A stretch of 63,069 nt of DNA, counting the filler, from Reticulomyxa filosa (taxonomy: Eukaryota; Protista; Foraminifera), in assembly GCA_000512085.1 (NCBI GenBank). It is 20 parts of 20 records of this genome, joined end to end, with 100 filler letters (N's around TTAATTAATTAA, not from the genome) between each part and the next. Parts side by side here need not be neighbours in the genome. Positions count along the whole stretch, not along the records: positions 38,112 to 39,111 come from ASPP01047453.1; positions 39,212 to 41,739 come from ASPP01024558.1; positions 41,840 to 45,449 come from ASPP01004749.1; positions 45,550 to 49,052 come from ASPP01005907.1; positions 49,153 to 50,821 come from ASPP01041524.1; 15 more parts are not named here. One strand, written 5' to 3'. The position numbers and the translations under genes were made by a program. The notes beneath the pieces were generated by a model, which worked only from the letters and a program-made list of their open reading frames with translations, searched no databases and was not told the origin of the DNA. Within the stretch, counting starts at the first letter, position 1, and each line of letters opens with the position of its first letter. Shown one piece after another: positions 38,658 to 50,921 of this stretch.

Positions 38658-41251
38658 TTTAAATGTCAACAATAAAAACTATAAGATTAATAGATATTTT
38701 TTTTAAAAAAAAATTAGGTTTAAGTTTTTATTTTTCATTGAGAAAATTGATTCATTTAGGTATGGCAGTTTTTACAATCTACTGTATCTTAAATTATATA
38801 TTTTTGTTTCTTTTTCAATTGGTTGCTATAAATCCCCATAGTACGATTAAAAACTTCTGGTAATTTCTGCAAATCTTTTAATAGTAATTTTTATGTTTCC
38901 ACAATATCCTAAATTCGTCCATTTTTTTCATTAACAAACTCTACATTAATCAATTCTGGATTTATACCAAAATTTTATACATTCTTTAAATTTTTAAAAA
39001 ATTAAATAATATTTTATTTTAGTTTTTTGAAAAAAAGTTGATAATTATTTTTTTATCGATATTATATATCTTTTTTTTTTTGACACGTTTTGATATAATT
39101 ATTCTATTATCNNNNNNNNNNNNNNNNNNNNNNNNNNNNNNNNNNNNNNNNNNNNTTAATTAATTAANNNNNNNNNNNNNNNNNNNNNNNNNNNNNNNNN
39201 NNNNNNNNNNNTTGTACATACTCTTATCTTTACGTATTCACAACAACAAAATAGCACTCAATTTCCATTGCACCAAATGATATTGTCGTTACTTACCAAA
39301 TTCTTGCATTGCATGCAATATGTATATCGAGCGCAAAGACCACGATTCCGAATACAGGTTGCAGGAGGCAAAAGGCATATAGGAAATTTTTTTTGATCCA
39401 AGAATGGAAGATCATTGATCAATTCATTGTTAAATCAACTTCCAATTGCAGATTCGGTGAGTCAATACATTTTCTTTTCTTTTTACTATTGGCAGCAGCA
39501 ATGATAATGACTCGTACACATATATACTCTTTTTTTTATATCAGACCCAGTTAAATATGGAATTGACAACGTTAAAAAATGATCTGAAGCAAGTAGAAAC
39601 GGAAATGGATCACTTATTGTCGTTGCTATTGATTAATTTGAACAACAATAAGCATGAGATGCAACATTTTGATGATTTGTCCGTCACAGTACTAATCGAA
39701 ATTGTACAATTTTTAAGATGATCTGGAACGAAAAAGAGTTATATTGCAGTTGCAAGGCATTTAATCTGAAGATCGAGATATACAGAAAGAAAAATTATGG
39801 AAGATTTAAGTTACGAAAAAGAAAGAAAACAACTTCCTAATACACATAAATAAAAGCAGGAATCCTGTTTTGATTATGGGAGAAACAGTTGATCTATTTT
39901 TTTTTTTAATGCTGATAAAGCAAAATCAAAAATAAACAACAACAACAACAACAAAAATGAATAAAACAATGCACTAAAATATAGTGATGTGGCAAAACCA
40001 CATCAATTGATATGCACGATGGGCACGGAGTGTAACAGTCGCAACAAGATTTGCAGCAACATCTAAAAAGTGCAGAAAAATGTCGGGAAGTATTCACTTG
40101 ATATTTTTGAACGAAATCAATACAAGTCCTGACGTTGGTGCGTTCAAAGGAGTATTTTGTAATCATAATTTGAAGGGACGAGAATTTTCGGCAAACGTTG
40201 CGATCATATGTGCATTGAACCTTTTCCGAAATTGCAGAGAATAATGAAAAGAGTCTCAATGTCAACAAATATTACACTGACGACTTGGATAAAGAAATGT
40301 GAGATATGTGTGAACTTTAGCTCATTGTCCGAGTCCGACGAGCAACAATACATTACATCAATTCATAGTCGAAAAAATCTGACTTTTGGACAAACTGCAA
40401 TGGTTTGAATGAACTGAAGATGAAGTCAAAGAAAGATTGAAAACTTTGGAAACACTCAAATTTGCCTTCATTGATTGCATCTTTGAGTCTCAAAAATTCT
40501 TAAGGTAATTTTGTCTAAAAAAATGTTATTTGTATGTGCGTGTTTTTAAATCAGCTTTGAAAAAAAATTAAAATGTGCAAAAAAAAGGGGACAGTTGAGA
40601 GACCGTAGTGTGTTCGTTGCGTGATATTCGATGAGTGAATTGTTTTTGTGGTTTTCAATACTCGTGAAACCGTCGGTACCTATCAAAGTGCGATCGAGTC
40701 TATCGCCTTGGCATTAGCACAATATTACTACTATTGGTTAAATGTCGAGCAAATGTTTATGCATGACAACGTCATCTAGCAAAAGCAACATATCGAATTC
40801 GAGCAAAAGAAGCAGATAACAAAAATACAGAAATAAAAAGATTACTATCCTATAACATTTAGAAATTGAATTACTTGAAATAAAATATATTTGATATTAT
40901 TTTGGAAACTATTGGAAACTATAAATGTGATTCTAATCATTATATACAACAATTAAATGAATAAAAAAATATACACATTGGTGATTGTATCAGTATAATT
41001 AGAGTATATTGTATTTAATGTTTATTAGATGCCGCAATTAAACAAATAAAAACAAAGAAATAAATTTTTTAATTTTTTTGGCAAAGTACAACAGACTACA
41101 AGTTTGTTGGGAAAAAACAAAGTCACTAAACAAACAATTTAATATTTTGAGTCGATAAATCGTACGAAACCTCAAATAATGGATTATATTTTCAAATTTT
41201 GTTATGCTCGCAATTCTCTAGCACAAAATGGTTTTTATTTTTCTTTGTAAA

Positions 41252-41739
41252 TTAAAAAATCGTCCATTGAGTGGTTTTGCTGTTGTAGTTGATGTAGTAA
41301 TGAGTACCATCAGTGTTATATGCTTTTTGCCAGCCTGGAGGGAGTGAAGGCTAGGCACCAGGTTGTGATTGGCTTGGCTCCTAACGAATCTGTTTTGTCC
41401 GATTCACTAACGATAACTTGCGAATCTACATTTTTCTAAACCCCCAAACCAAGTCAAGCAAGCCTGATATTTGTACTACAATATTTTTGCTTGATACGCG
41501 CATATATAAATCTATTAGTGTGTAATGTGTTAACAGCAGCAGTCGGCTTGTGTGGCGATAAGTTATGATGTTTGATATAGCTCACAAATTGTTGTGGAAT
41601 CTCCTTCAAAGTTTCTTTGGAAAGTTCAGCGAAGCTTGTGTCTGGAATCCGATTGCATGGCCATTTGCGTCCTTAAGCAGCTTCAATAATTGTGTAATGA
41701 TACAAATTGGACAATGTCACGTTTGGCAGCTTCACCTTG
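41252..41739 (-). pseudogene. Copine C-terminus followed by a WW domain, decayed, 5' truncated
   Basis: QGEAAKRDIVQFVSL and ELSKETLKEIPQQFVSYIKHHNLSP (end of the copine vWA domain), then LPPGWQKAYNTDGTHYYINYNSKTTQWTIF* (WW). In-frame TGA/TAG stops and a frameshift. Confidence 0.75.
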
Positions 41740-41839
41740 NNNNNNNNNNNNNNNNNNNNNNNNNNNNNNNNNNNNNNNNNNNNTTAATTAATTAANNNNN
41801 NNNNNNNNNNNNNNNNNNNNNNNNNNNNNNNNNNNNNNN

Positions 41840-43810
41840 CCACAACCACAATCACAATCACAACCATCATCTCAATCTACATCCGCCGAAACGCAGCCTT
41901 CCGAACAAGCTCAAAAAAAAGTGCAAGTGCAAGTGCAAGTGCAAGCACAAGTGCAAGAACAAGGACAAGGTTTAACAGAATCCCAAACTCAATCTCAATC
42001 TCAATCTCAATCTCAATCTCAATCTCAATCTCAATCTCAGCCTCAATCACAATCATCTGCGCAAGTTGAAACAGTGATACCAATTGCAAGTGAGACAATC
42101 AACGCGGCACCAAATGTGGAGGAGGAAGCGAATATGATTGCAAATGCAAACGCAGAGGTAACGCCAACAGCAGAGGTCTCTACCGCCACGGCCACAGCGA
42201 GTATAGACGGCCAAGAGAAAAAGCCAGAGGCGACGACGACGACGACGACGGCAAGTAATGACGAAACTAAGGCGAAAAGTGAGGTCGAGGCAGTGGCGAC
42301 AGGAGAACAAGAAAAAGTGAAGGAGATCGAAGACGGGGAAATCGTGGAAGGAGAAGGAGGTGATACCGGCAATCCGGACGAAAATGCGTCTGGCAAGGAT
42401 GGAAAAGAAAAGCGCATGACAATTAAAACCGCAAAGAAGACCTCGCAAACAGCAGAGCTGAGTATCGAGTATATCGTGAGGCGATGCAAAGACGCTTGTG
42501 TCCAGACCAGTACCACCAGCGAAACCAAACAAGAAATAAGTACAAATACACCTGTCCATCAGATCCTTTTGACCGCTTTTGGGCCTCTCATGAATGGGTC
42601 GCCAAGACATTTTCATCATCATCAAAGTCGAAAACAAAAACAACAAAACAATAATACTAAAAAGAAAACAGAGTCCATTTTACATCGAGTTGAGTTTTTC
42701 TTTTCTTTTATTTGAATCAGATCACCATATGTAATTGTATACGTATACATTATGTATACATACACATATATACATATACATACATATATGTACATATATA
42801 TATATATATATATATATTATGTATATAGCCAGGAAAAGTTTATGAAAGCTTAGAGGCGTTGCGAGCGAGTTTCAAAGAGGTGGATGAAGACAAAAACGGA
42901 AAAATCGATTTTGAAGAGTTCCACGAAGCTTTGACTTCGTTGGAGACTGGGCTAAGCCGAATGAAACAAAGCAAATTGTTCTTCAATATTGCCTCCAAAA
43001 AATCCAAAGAACTGATTGTCAGTAATTTTCTGGAAACTCTCCGGCTCAACTTCAAAGATCACTTATCCAGCAGCTGTGACGACGTATTGGAAATTTTGGC
43101 TGAGGTCTTTTGCTTTTTTTTGTTTTTTTTTTATTTTTAAATTATTTAAATTTAATATAACCAAAAAATAATAAAATAGCGAGTTAAATACCGTGTACCG
43201 ACTTTGGACAATCAATCCTCGCGTTCTTCTGTGATTTCTGATACACACGGATGGACGCCCCTACAAGACGAACGCAACTCTTCACAGCCCAAATCGCCAC
43301 GAAGCACGGGCCTAAATCGTGTCAACAGCAAAAGACGCCCATCTCTGGTGATTCAACAAGTGGTGAACGGAGTAGAAAACGTGCTCAAGGAATGCGACGA
43401 AAACAGAGACGGAACATTGACTATGGACGAATTTGTCACCTTCTTGAAGGCATACAAACTTGAGGACAAAATCTCACCTGCTGACTTACAAGTTGTCTAT
43501 AAATTCTTGGCTGATGATAACTTGTCTGACATTGGCATCCGAGGCGAAGCTTCCATTGAATCCTTCATGTTGTCATTTAGATTGGTTATGACCGATCATT
43601 CTTCCTATGGTCCTCGGCGTTCCATCTTTCGTGTACTTCGAAGATGCTTAAAAGTTGAGAGCACGACCTTTTTTTTTTTTTTTTTCTCCCTTTTGTTATT
43701 TGCCACAGTACAATCAAACAAAGTCCATTTTGCTTTTGATGCCCATCACAGATAAGCCAGAGTGCCGAAAAATAAAAAAATAAAAAAAGACAAGCAAATA
43801 GTAGCCAAGG
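41840..43810 (+). CDS. EF-hand calcium-binding protein with low-complexity N-terminal region, 5' partial
   Basis: EF-hands FKEVDEDKNGKIDFEEFHEAL and LKECDENRDGTLTMDEFVTFL. Intron 43105-43179 splices in frame. (SQ)n and Thr/Glu-rich upstream exon. 3' end approximate. Confidence 0.75.
41988..42040 (+). repeat. (TCTCAA)n coding microsatellite (Ser-Gln repeat)
   Basis: Direct hexamer tandem repeat visible in the sequence. Confidence 0.9.
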
Positions 43811-44629
43811 TGAGTGGTGTAGGTTTTCTCAGTTTGCTTCTTTTTTTCCCCCTCTATTTGTCAATAAAGTTGTTGATCATGTTGCTAGTTATTTCAAACT
43901 GAATGCTTATACGTACGGACTTTCTTTTTTCTTATAATAAAAAAAACCAAATGAGACTTGGCATTAATATCTGATGTTAAAAATTTTGTATGCAAGAAGA
44001 CTTAAACAGTTTTTGTTTGATTCCAAAAGTCTAAGTGTTTGTTAATTTTGCGAGCAAGGTTTTTTATATATATTCATTTGGTTTTTTACGTTTAAGTTGT
44101 TTGAATAGAATGAAAATTATTTGGAACAAAGGAAAACAAACAAAACAAAAATAAATCATTACAACTTTCGCAAAGAAATTTTATGCTCAACCTGAATATA
44201 ACAATCGGTTTTTGGTACTATTTGTGTCTCTTCTTTCAAATCAGCTAAATCGTAAAGGTTAACCGTATTCTTTTAAAAACGACAAGTCTGAGATTGACGC
44301 GATAACAGTGACGAAAAGGGAAAAACTTCGAAACTGTGGGTAAAAAATGTTTCAACCAATTTCAAAAGAACGGAAGCATCATTGTATACGGGATAATTTT
44401 GTGAAGAGGCGAGAGATAAGGACAGTCTCTGGAAATATGATACGTTTGTAACGTGAAAAAGAATAGGGGGGAAAAAATAAACAACAACAACAAAAGAATA
44501 GCAGGAGCAAAGAGAAGGAGAGTCCGTATCACATGAATACAATGAAAATTTCACGAATGTTGTTTAGAATCCAAATCAGCAGCATGTGCTATTTTATCAA
44601 ACGACATAAAAAAGTTATATATATACATG

Positions 44630-45390
44630 TATATACATACATAAATACACATATACATAAAAGCATTGGCAATTTTAAATGCAGCAGTGAAATGGTTAGC
44701 TTGTTAAAAACAACAAAACTGGTCGGAGGTGAAGAAGACTGATGAGAGTGTCTTTCATTGGTATCGTCCGGCTTGCTCGCATGATCGACATCCCCACCAG
44801 CGGAATTGGCGATCGGGATAACAGGAGTGGATTCGGCATTATCTTGTGGAGCAGAGTTAAAGTCTTGAGAGTTTGGTTGCCATTGTTGTCGTTACGTTTT
44901 TCCGTTCCATTTTCGTGTTTTTTGCTGGCATTGGAATGGGAGCGAGACTGTGAGCGAGAATTGGAACGGGAGTGAGAGCCTGAGCGCGAGCGCGAATGCG
45001 ATCGAGAGTGAGATCGGGAGCTGGAGCGCGAGTGTTTGGAACGTCCACCTTTGTGATTGTGTCCCGGAGAGTGTCTTCGTTTGCGACTGCGAGACCTGGT
45101 GTCATTGCTTTTGCTTCGGCTTTGACTGTCTTTGTTCTGTGTGCCGCTAACTTTGCCATTGTTCTGTGAACGACGACGTTCCGAGTGTTTTTTGCCACGG
45201 CTGCGACTGCTGTGACTGTGGCTATCGCTGTCGCTGTGACTGCGACTGCGGCTACGGCTTCGTCCATGGTTGCGATCACGATCATGTCCGCGCCCGTGTC
45301 CGTGTCCGTGTCCGTGTCCGTGTCCATGTCCGTGTCCACGGCTGCGACTTCGAGACAAGCTACTGTTATGACGCCTTCTCGTTGGAGGAC
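44630..45390 (-). CDS. Arg/Ser-rich (SR-like) protein, 3' part
   Basis: RSRSRSRSHS... and (GH)n tracts. Probable frameshift near 44875. Boundaries approximate. Confidence 0.6.
45294..45337. repeat. (CCGTGT)n microsatellite encoding (Gly-His)n on the minus strand
   Basis: Direct hexamer tandem repeat. Confidence 0.9.
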
Positions 45391-45549
45391 TTTTTTTGTT
45401 GTAACAAATTGTATGTACGTGATTGAGTGTGATCACACCCAATCAAAAANNNNNNNNNNNNNNNNNNNNNNNNNNNNNNNNNNNNNNNNNNNNTTAATTA
45501 ATTAANNNNNNNNNNNNNNNNNNNNNNNNNNNNNNNNNNNNNNNNNNNN

Positions 45550-46835
45550 CTTTTTTTCTTTTCGTTTTTTTTTTTTTTTTTTATCTTTTTTTTGATTTTG
45601 TTTGCTCTTCGATTGTTTCTTTGTCATTTTGATTTCCCAATTCAATCACTTGTCCATTTTCTAACTTCTCTTTATTTTCGATTGAATGAAGAATTTCTTC
45701 CCTGTCTAAAAGTCCCGAGGAAACAAATTTGCCACTGTCAAGTGTATTCAATTTATGTGTAGTATTGTATTGTATTGTTTTTTTTTTCTATTACTAATGT
45801 CCCTTTTTTTTCCAATTCGAATAATGTGCAAAACATATCCAACAAAATATGATCACATAACAATCGAAAAGAGTTAATGTTCAATTGTGGTTTGCCAGTT
45901 TGAGAATACCCCAATCCTTGATTTCCAGAGCGAAGGTTGGCCACATTTTGTATATGTTCTGCGTACGCTGCTTGGTCATTTTCTGTAAACCCTCGAATGC
46001 TCGTGCTTCCTTGCTTCTGGGACGTTTTGTCCTTTCTCGGCGCTGTTTTTTTTTTTTGTTTTAGTGCAAACACATAACTCAGTCATTTTGAAAAAAAAGG
46101 GTATAAATTTTTTGGCCCTAACCCCCGAACAATTCTTGCTTATCCTCTTTTGATTGACATGAGAGATCTGTTCCTTTTCCAAACCTTCCATATCTGAATT
46201 GTTGCAATCATTTTTAAAAAAAAAAAAATTGCAAATTGTCGATATTGCGGAGTTTTAATTGTAACAAAAAAAAAAATATCAAATGACAATATACAATGTA
46301 GTTCTGGCTTCAAATCGACGAAATGCAGTTGTAACATTTGTGTCACTGACCCCACTGCTGTCACTGTCAGAATCCTCGTTTTGATTTTTGCTTTTGTCAC
46401 TTTCGGTCTTGCCACGTTTGATACGTGTTAATAACTCGTTGTACATCAACATTGTCGTTTTAAACATTGAGTCAGTAGCGTTTTGATTGGCGCCAAGACC
46501 TTTCATTTGTTTATGTTTGTTTTGTTTGGTATGCCTGCTTTTCAGTCGTTACAAACAACACGGTAACAGAGCTGTTTTTGCTACGCTTGTGTCTTTCCTG
46601 ACTCACCTAAATTGTCTTGCTTGTGTCTAACCTTTATATAAGAATTTCTTCCTTGGCGATTGGCACCCAATCCATCACCTTTTTTCCATCCGAATTTCTC
46701 CATATATTTCATGCCAAAGTTTCCCTTGTTTGATTCCTCATCCCAAAACTCTTCTCCATGGCGGGTACCACAAGATCGTAATGAAGAACGAGCCTTACCT
46801 TTTTTACGGTCTGAATCTATATAAACAGCTGTCAT
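45550..46835 (-). CDS. G-patch protein, PINX1/Gno1(Pxr1)-like, 3' partial
   Basis: N-terminal W...NFGMKYMEKFGWKKGDGLGANRQG...IKVRHKQDNLG|LGA...YNELLTRI matches the PINX1-type G-patch layout. Lys-rich downstream exons. Confidence 0.78.
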
Positions 46836-48012
46836 TCAAACAATTAGGCTAAATAAGGGGGTTCAATGATTTTCATTTTGAATTCTTTGTTGATTCAACT
46901 CGTTTACTTCCGTAATTTACTTTAATTTATACAGTATTCAAATTGGATTTGATGATAGATTTACTATTTTGTTTATTGATACAACCGAAAGAGTTTTAAT
47001 GTAAAAATACTGAATGCGAACACAAAGAAAAAATTAAAACACTAAAATCAAAATAACCAAAACAAAGGAAGTGTTTGATGAAGATAATTCGCAATTTTAG
47101 CGCTGTTTGTGACTTGTATCTACAAGAAAAAAGCATTTTAGCTTATTTTAACATCAAATCGAGTTTGAACAAATAGTAATATGAGCAACAAAGATACACT
47201 CTTTATGTTTACGCGAATCATACATGCTAGACAAAGTCTTAACTGAATAAACAATTAAGACAATTACAATTTGTTATTAAACGTTATCTATTATATTGTT
47301 TTTTAGATTTCAATTTTATTTCTTCAAATTTTTATGCTTATAAAATTAAAAATTTGAAGCTTTTTGTACAAATCACAATTAAGATATGCAGTTACTTAAT
47401 ATACTGATATTGTATATGATGTTCGTATTTATAACATGCCATTTTTCTTTAGTTTTATGGCGATTTGTACTGTTTATAACTAGAAGCTGCAAGTTTATTA
47501 CCTGTTTATGCATTGATTTAAAAAAATTGTCAATTTCTTTGCACCAGCCTTAGAAAATGCTAGAAATTAATATTTTCGACAACTAAGAATAAAAACGTGA
47601 AAAAGTTGTAACAAAATATTGTGAAAAGATACTTCACTATATGTCAATCTTCGGTATTTTATTTCGTTGATCTGAACAGACAATTTTGTCGACATCGGAT
47701 ATTGATCGTTTTAATCGCGTTAAAAATAAACGATTGTATTTATATTATACCTTTTTCCTTTGTTTGGTAATACTGACTAATTAGCAGAAAGTGGACAATA
47801 TATCGGTTAAAATAGAGTGTTAAATTGTGTAGGAAAAAACAATTCGCAGCACGAAAGAATGAAAATTATTTTCCTTTAAATAGAATCAAACCCTACCTAC
47901 ATAACCACAACAAAAATCACGAAAACAAAACCAAGAAAAGAAAAAAAATCCCAAGAATTATGCTGAAAGAGCGACTTGCACAAGCAAGTAGTGTGCTAAG
48001 TGAACAAAAGAT

Positions 48013-48979
48013 TTATTCAAAGTCCATTGGTGTATTTCGATGTTCATGTCTTCCATGAACTTTGAGATTTTCTTTGCTGCCATAACTGGTATTGATTAAG
48101 TGTAAACTTTGGCGTTTTTCCAACTTTTCAAGAATGGTAGTTCTAACATCATCAAACCATGGATGTAGCAGGGCTTCCTTCGCCGTGATTCTCTTATTGG
48201 GAGGATAAGTCAACATTTTTTCAATCAAATCAATACCATCCTGGCCGAGGTTGGAGTTTTGTAAAACGTTGGATAAGGATTGAGGTTTCCAACATGGGAA
48301 ATGTTGTTTGTAATTTTCCAACCTACTGACACCAGGCCATACATCTTCGTTCGGAGTTCCTAATTTATTTATTTATTTTTCCCCGCGAATTGTTGTTCAA
48401 TATCAAAGTTGAATCATTGGCAGATGATGAAATGAAAAAAAATACACACAAACACACAAATGAATGGCAAACGTAACCAAGAATTTTGAAGATTTGAAAT
48501 AATTGATCGATTTCAGAATCTCCCGGGAACAAGGCTCGACGAGTTGCAATTTCGGCAATGATACAACCTACCCCCCATATGTCAGCTGCACCACTGTACT
48601 TTTCTTGTCCGAGTAAAATCTCAGGTGGTCTGTACCATAATGTAACCACTTCATGCGTCAATTTGCCAATAGGCAATCCATGTTCACGGCCGAGACCAAA
48701 ATCGGCAATCTTCAAATCGCCTTCTTTGCTAATCAAAATATTTTGTGGTTTCAAATCTCGATGCAATACCCTTCGCGAATGGCAGTGACGTACACCTTCA
48801 ATCAACAAAAATGCATACGATTTTACCAGCGACATTTCCAAGTTCTTTTCACTGTTGTCTAAATACTGCTTCAAATCGTTATCCATGAATGCAAACACCA
48901 AATACAAATCGCCATCAATATACAAGCTTCGTTCCAATTCAACAATGCATGGATGTTCCAGCTCTTTTAGCAGACTCAC
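48013..48979 (-). CDS. Cyclin-dependent kinase (CDK1/2/cdc2-like), 5' partial
   Basis: [69 protein letters not shown]|[23 protein letters not shown]. Confidence 0.93.
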
Positions 48980-49152
48980 CTAATTACCAAGCACACATTT
49001 CAATTTTTTTTTTTTTTTTTTTTATTCAAGGCAAATAACTCATCCAAGTTCCNNNNNNNNNNNNNNNNNNNNNNNNNNNNNNNNNNNNNNNNNNNNTTAA
49101 TTAATTAANNNNNNNNNNNNNNNNNNNNNNNNNNNNNNNNNNNNNNNNNNNN

Positions 49153-49300
49153 ACCAACATCAGATGAAATTTTGTCATCATTGGATTTTGATTGCATTGT
49201 GATATTTTGTGAGGAAGTACATTCCCGAATCCTGGAATTGGAGGTGCAGGACTTGTCATTCAGGATCCATTCAATGATATTACAACAAACATTGTGACAT
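49153..49300 (+). mobile_element. Decayed RNase H domain, probably a retroelement relic
   Basis: Restoring one base at ~49212 gives CIVIFC(D)GSTFPNPGIGGAGLVIQDP, matching the RNase HI N-terminal DGS..NPG.GG.G motif. Downstream sequence is degenerate, with a Cys-rich stretch. Confidence 0.55.
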
Positions 49301-50921
49301 TTAGTGAACGCAAGATCATTTGTCGGTTTGTTTACTACCCATCAAAAAAAAATAATGGCATATGGTGAACCAACGCAGGCTTGATGAACATATTGCTATC
49401 GATTTGCAAATGTGGCTCCCGTTACGTCTGTAATTGTAATGGTGGGGATTGTATAAGTGTTCGTAAAAAATTTCAGCTAAAAGATGTTAAATCAAACAAG
49501 AAGCGAGGCACATATCGTTTTCGGTATCAGGTTGAAGCGTATGAAGAGCTTAACACGATATTACATCCACTTCAAACAAAATTAGAAAATTTTGCAAGCA
49601 AGCATTGTAATGGTGATAATTTTTTTTTGACAGAGATTGCAATGAATCGAAAAATCAATTAGCACTAGTTATTGATATTGATGAAGGAGATAATATTGTA
49701 CAAGAAACTCAAATAACTGAAGTGTAATTATCGCCATTACAATTAAACGTGCTGTCTCCAAACACCAAATTGCCACCAATTCAAAACAATAAATGCAAAC
49801 AACTGGATAATGAAAAAGTGGAAGTTGGTAGTAATATAAAAGAACTTTACTTAGAAAAGTTAGAACAAAAGCTTCAAAACCAAGAGGAAAATCACCGAAA
49901 TGAAATTAAAACTCTTATCGAAAAACATGAAAAAGACAAGAACGAATTGATAAAAAAAATAATACAATTAACAGAATCAAATGCAAGGTTATCTGTTAAA
50001 ATTGAAATTTGACGAAATGCATGAACTAAAGCTTAAAAATTTTGCTATATCTTATATGGGAAACAGTTACAATCCAATAAAAGATGCTTTTCCCAACGTG
50101 GAGACATTATCGTCACCAATACTGAAGAAGATGTTCATGCAAAGCAAAAAAGAAAAATACAAGCCAAAGAACAGGATCAAAGTCAAAGCATTATGAAAAT
50201 GAACAATAAACAATACAAAAATTCAAAATAATATCTAAAATTCTTTTTAAAAGTATTCTTCTTTTTTGCAGGTATCTTCAAAAGTTGCATTTTGTTAAAC
50301 TTTTCTTTTGCAAAATTGGATATTTTGTCATTCTATTTACAAAAAACATTTTCGAGAAAATAGAAACCATTATAACAACAATAATACTCAATTGGACAAG
50401 ATATAGAATTCCCAACTTTAGTTTTTTGTCTTGAAAAAACTTCTTTAAAATATTTGTTCGTCATTTCAATCACAACATAAAAAAAGTCGTACGTAGTCCT
50501 TTTAGTTTTTTGTTTTTTTGGGGAAAAAAAAAGAATGGACTTGCTGGGACAAGACCACAAATGTCTTTTTTTGCAATTGCACAATGCTTATGATATTCTC
50601 GCAATTGGAATAACAGTTTGCCTTTTTAACGTATAATAAGAGTAGCAAGTGCTACTCACAAATCAATATTTCCTTATTGAGCAAGATGAATTGTGTATCA
50701 CTTAATAAAATTTGTAAATTTGGTAATTTTTCAAAAGTCAAGACATCTTTACTGATGATGAGTTTTCAATATCATGTACCCCAGAATTATTTTAATTCAA
50801 ACTCAGCTATATGTATATTTTNNNNNNNNNNNNNNNNNNNNNNNNNNNNNNNNNNNNNNNNNNNNTTAATTAATTAANNNNNNNNNNNNNNNNNNNNNNN
50901 NNNNNNNNNNNNNNNNNNNNN

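Noticed and set aside
39212-40800. Degenerate helical-protein pseudogene on the plus strand
   Set aside because: Coding-like patches with many stops and no recognisable family. Needs a translated search.
41325-41400. GC-rich stem-loop as SRP RNA or another ncRNA
   Set aside because: Better explained as the reverse strand of the WW-domain coding relic.
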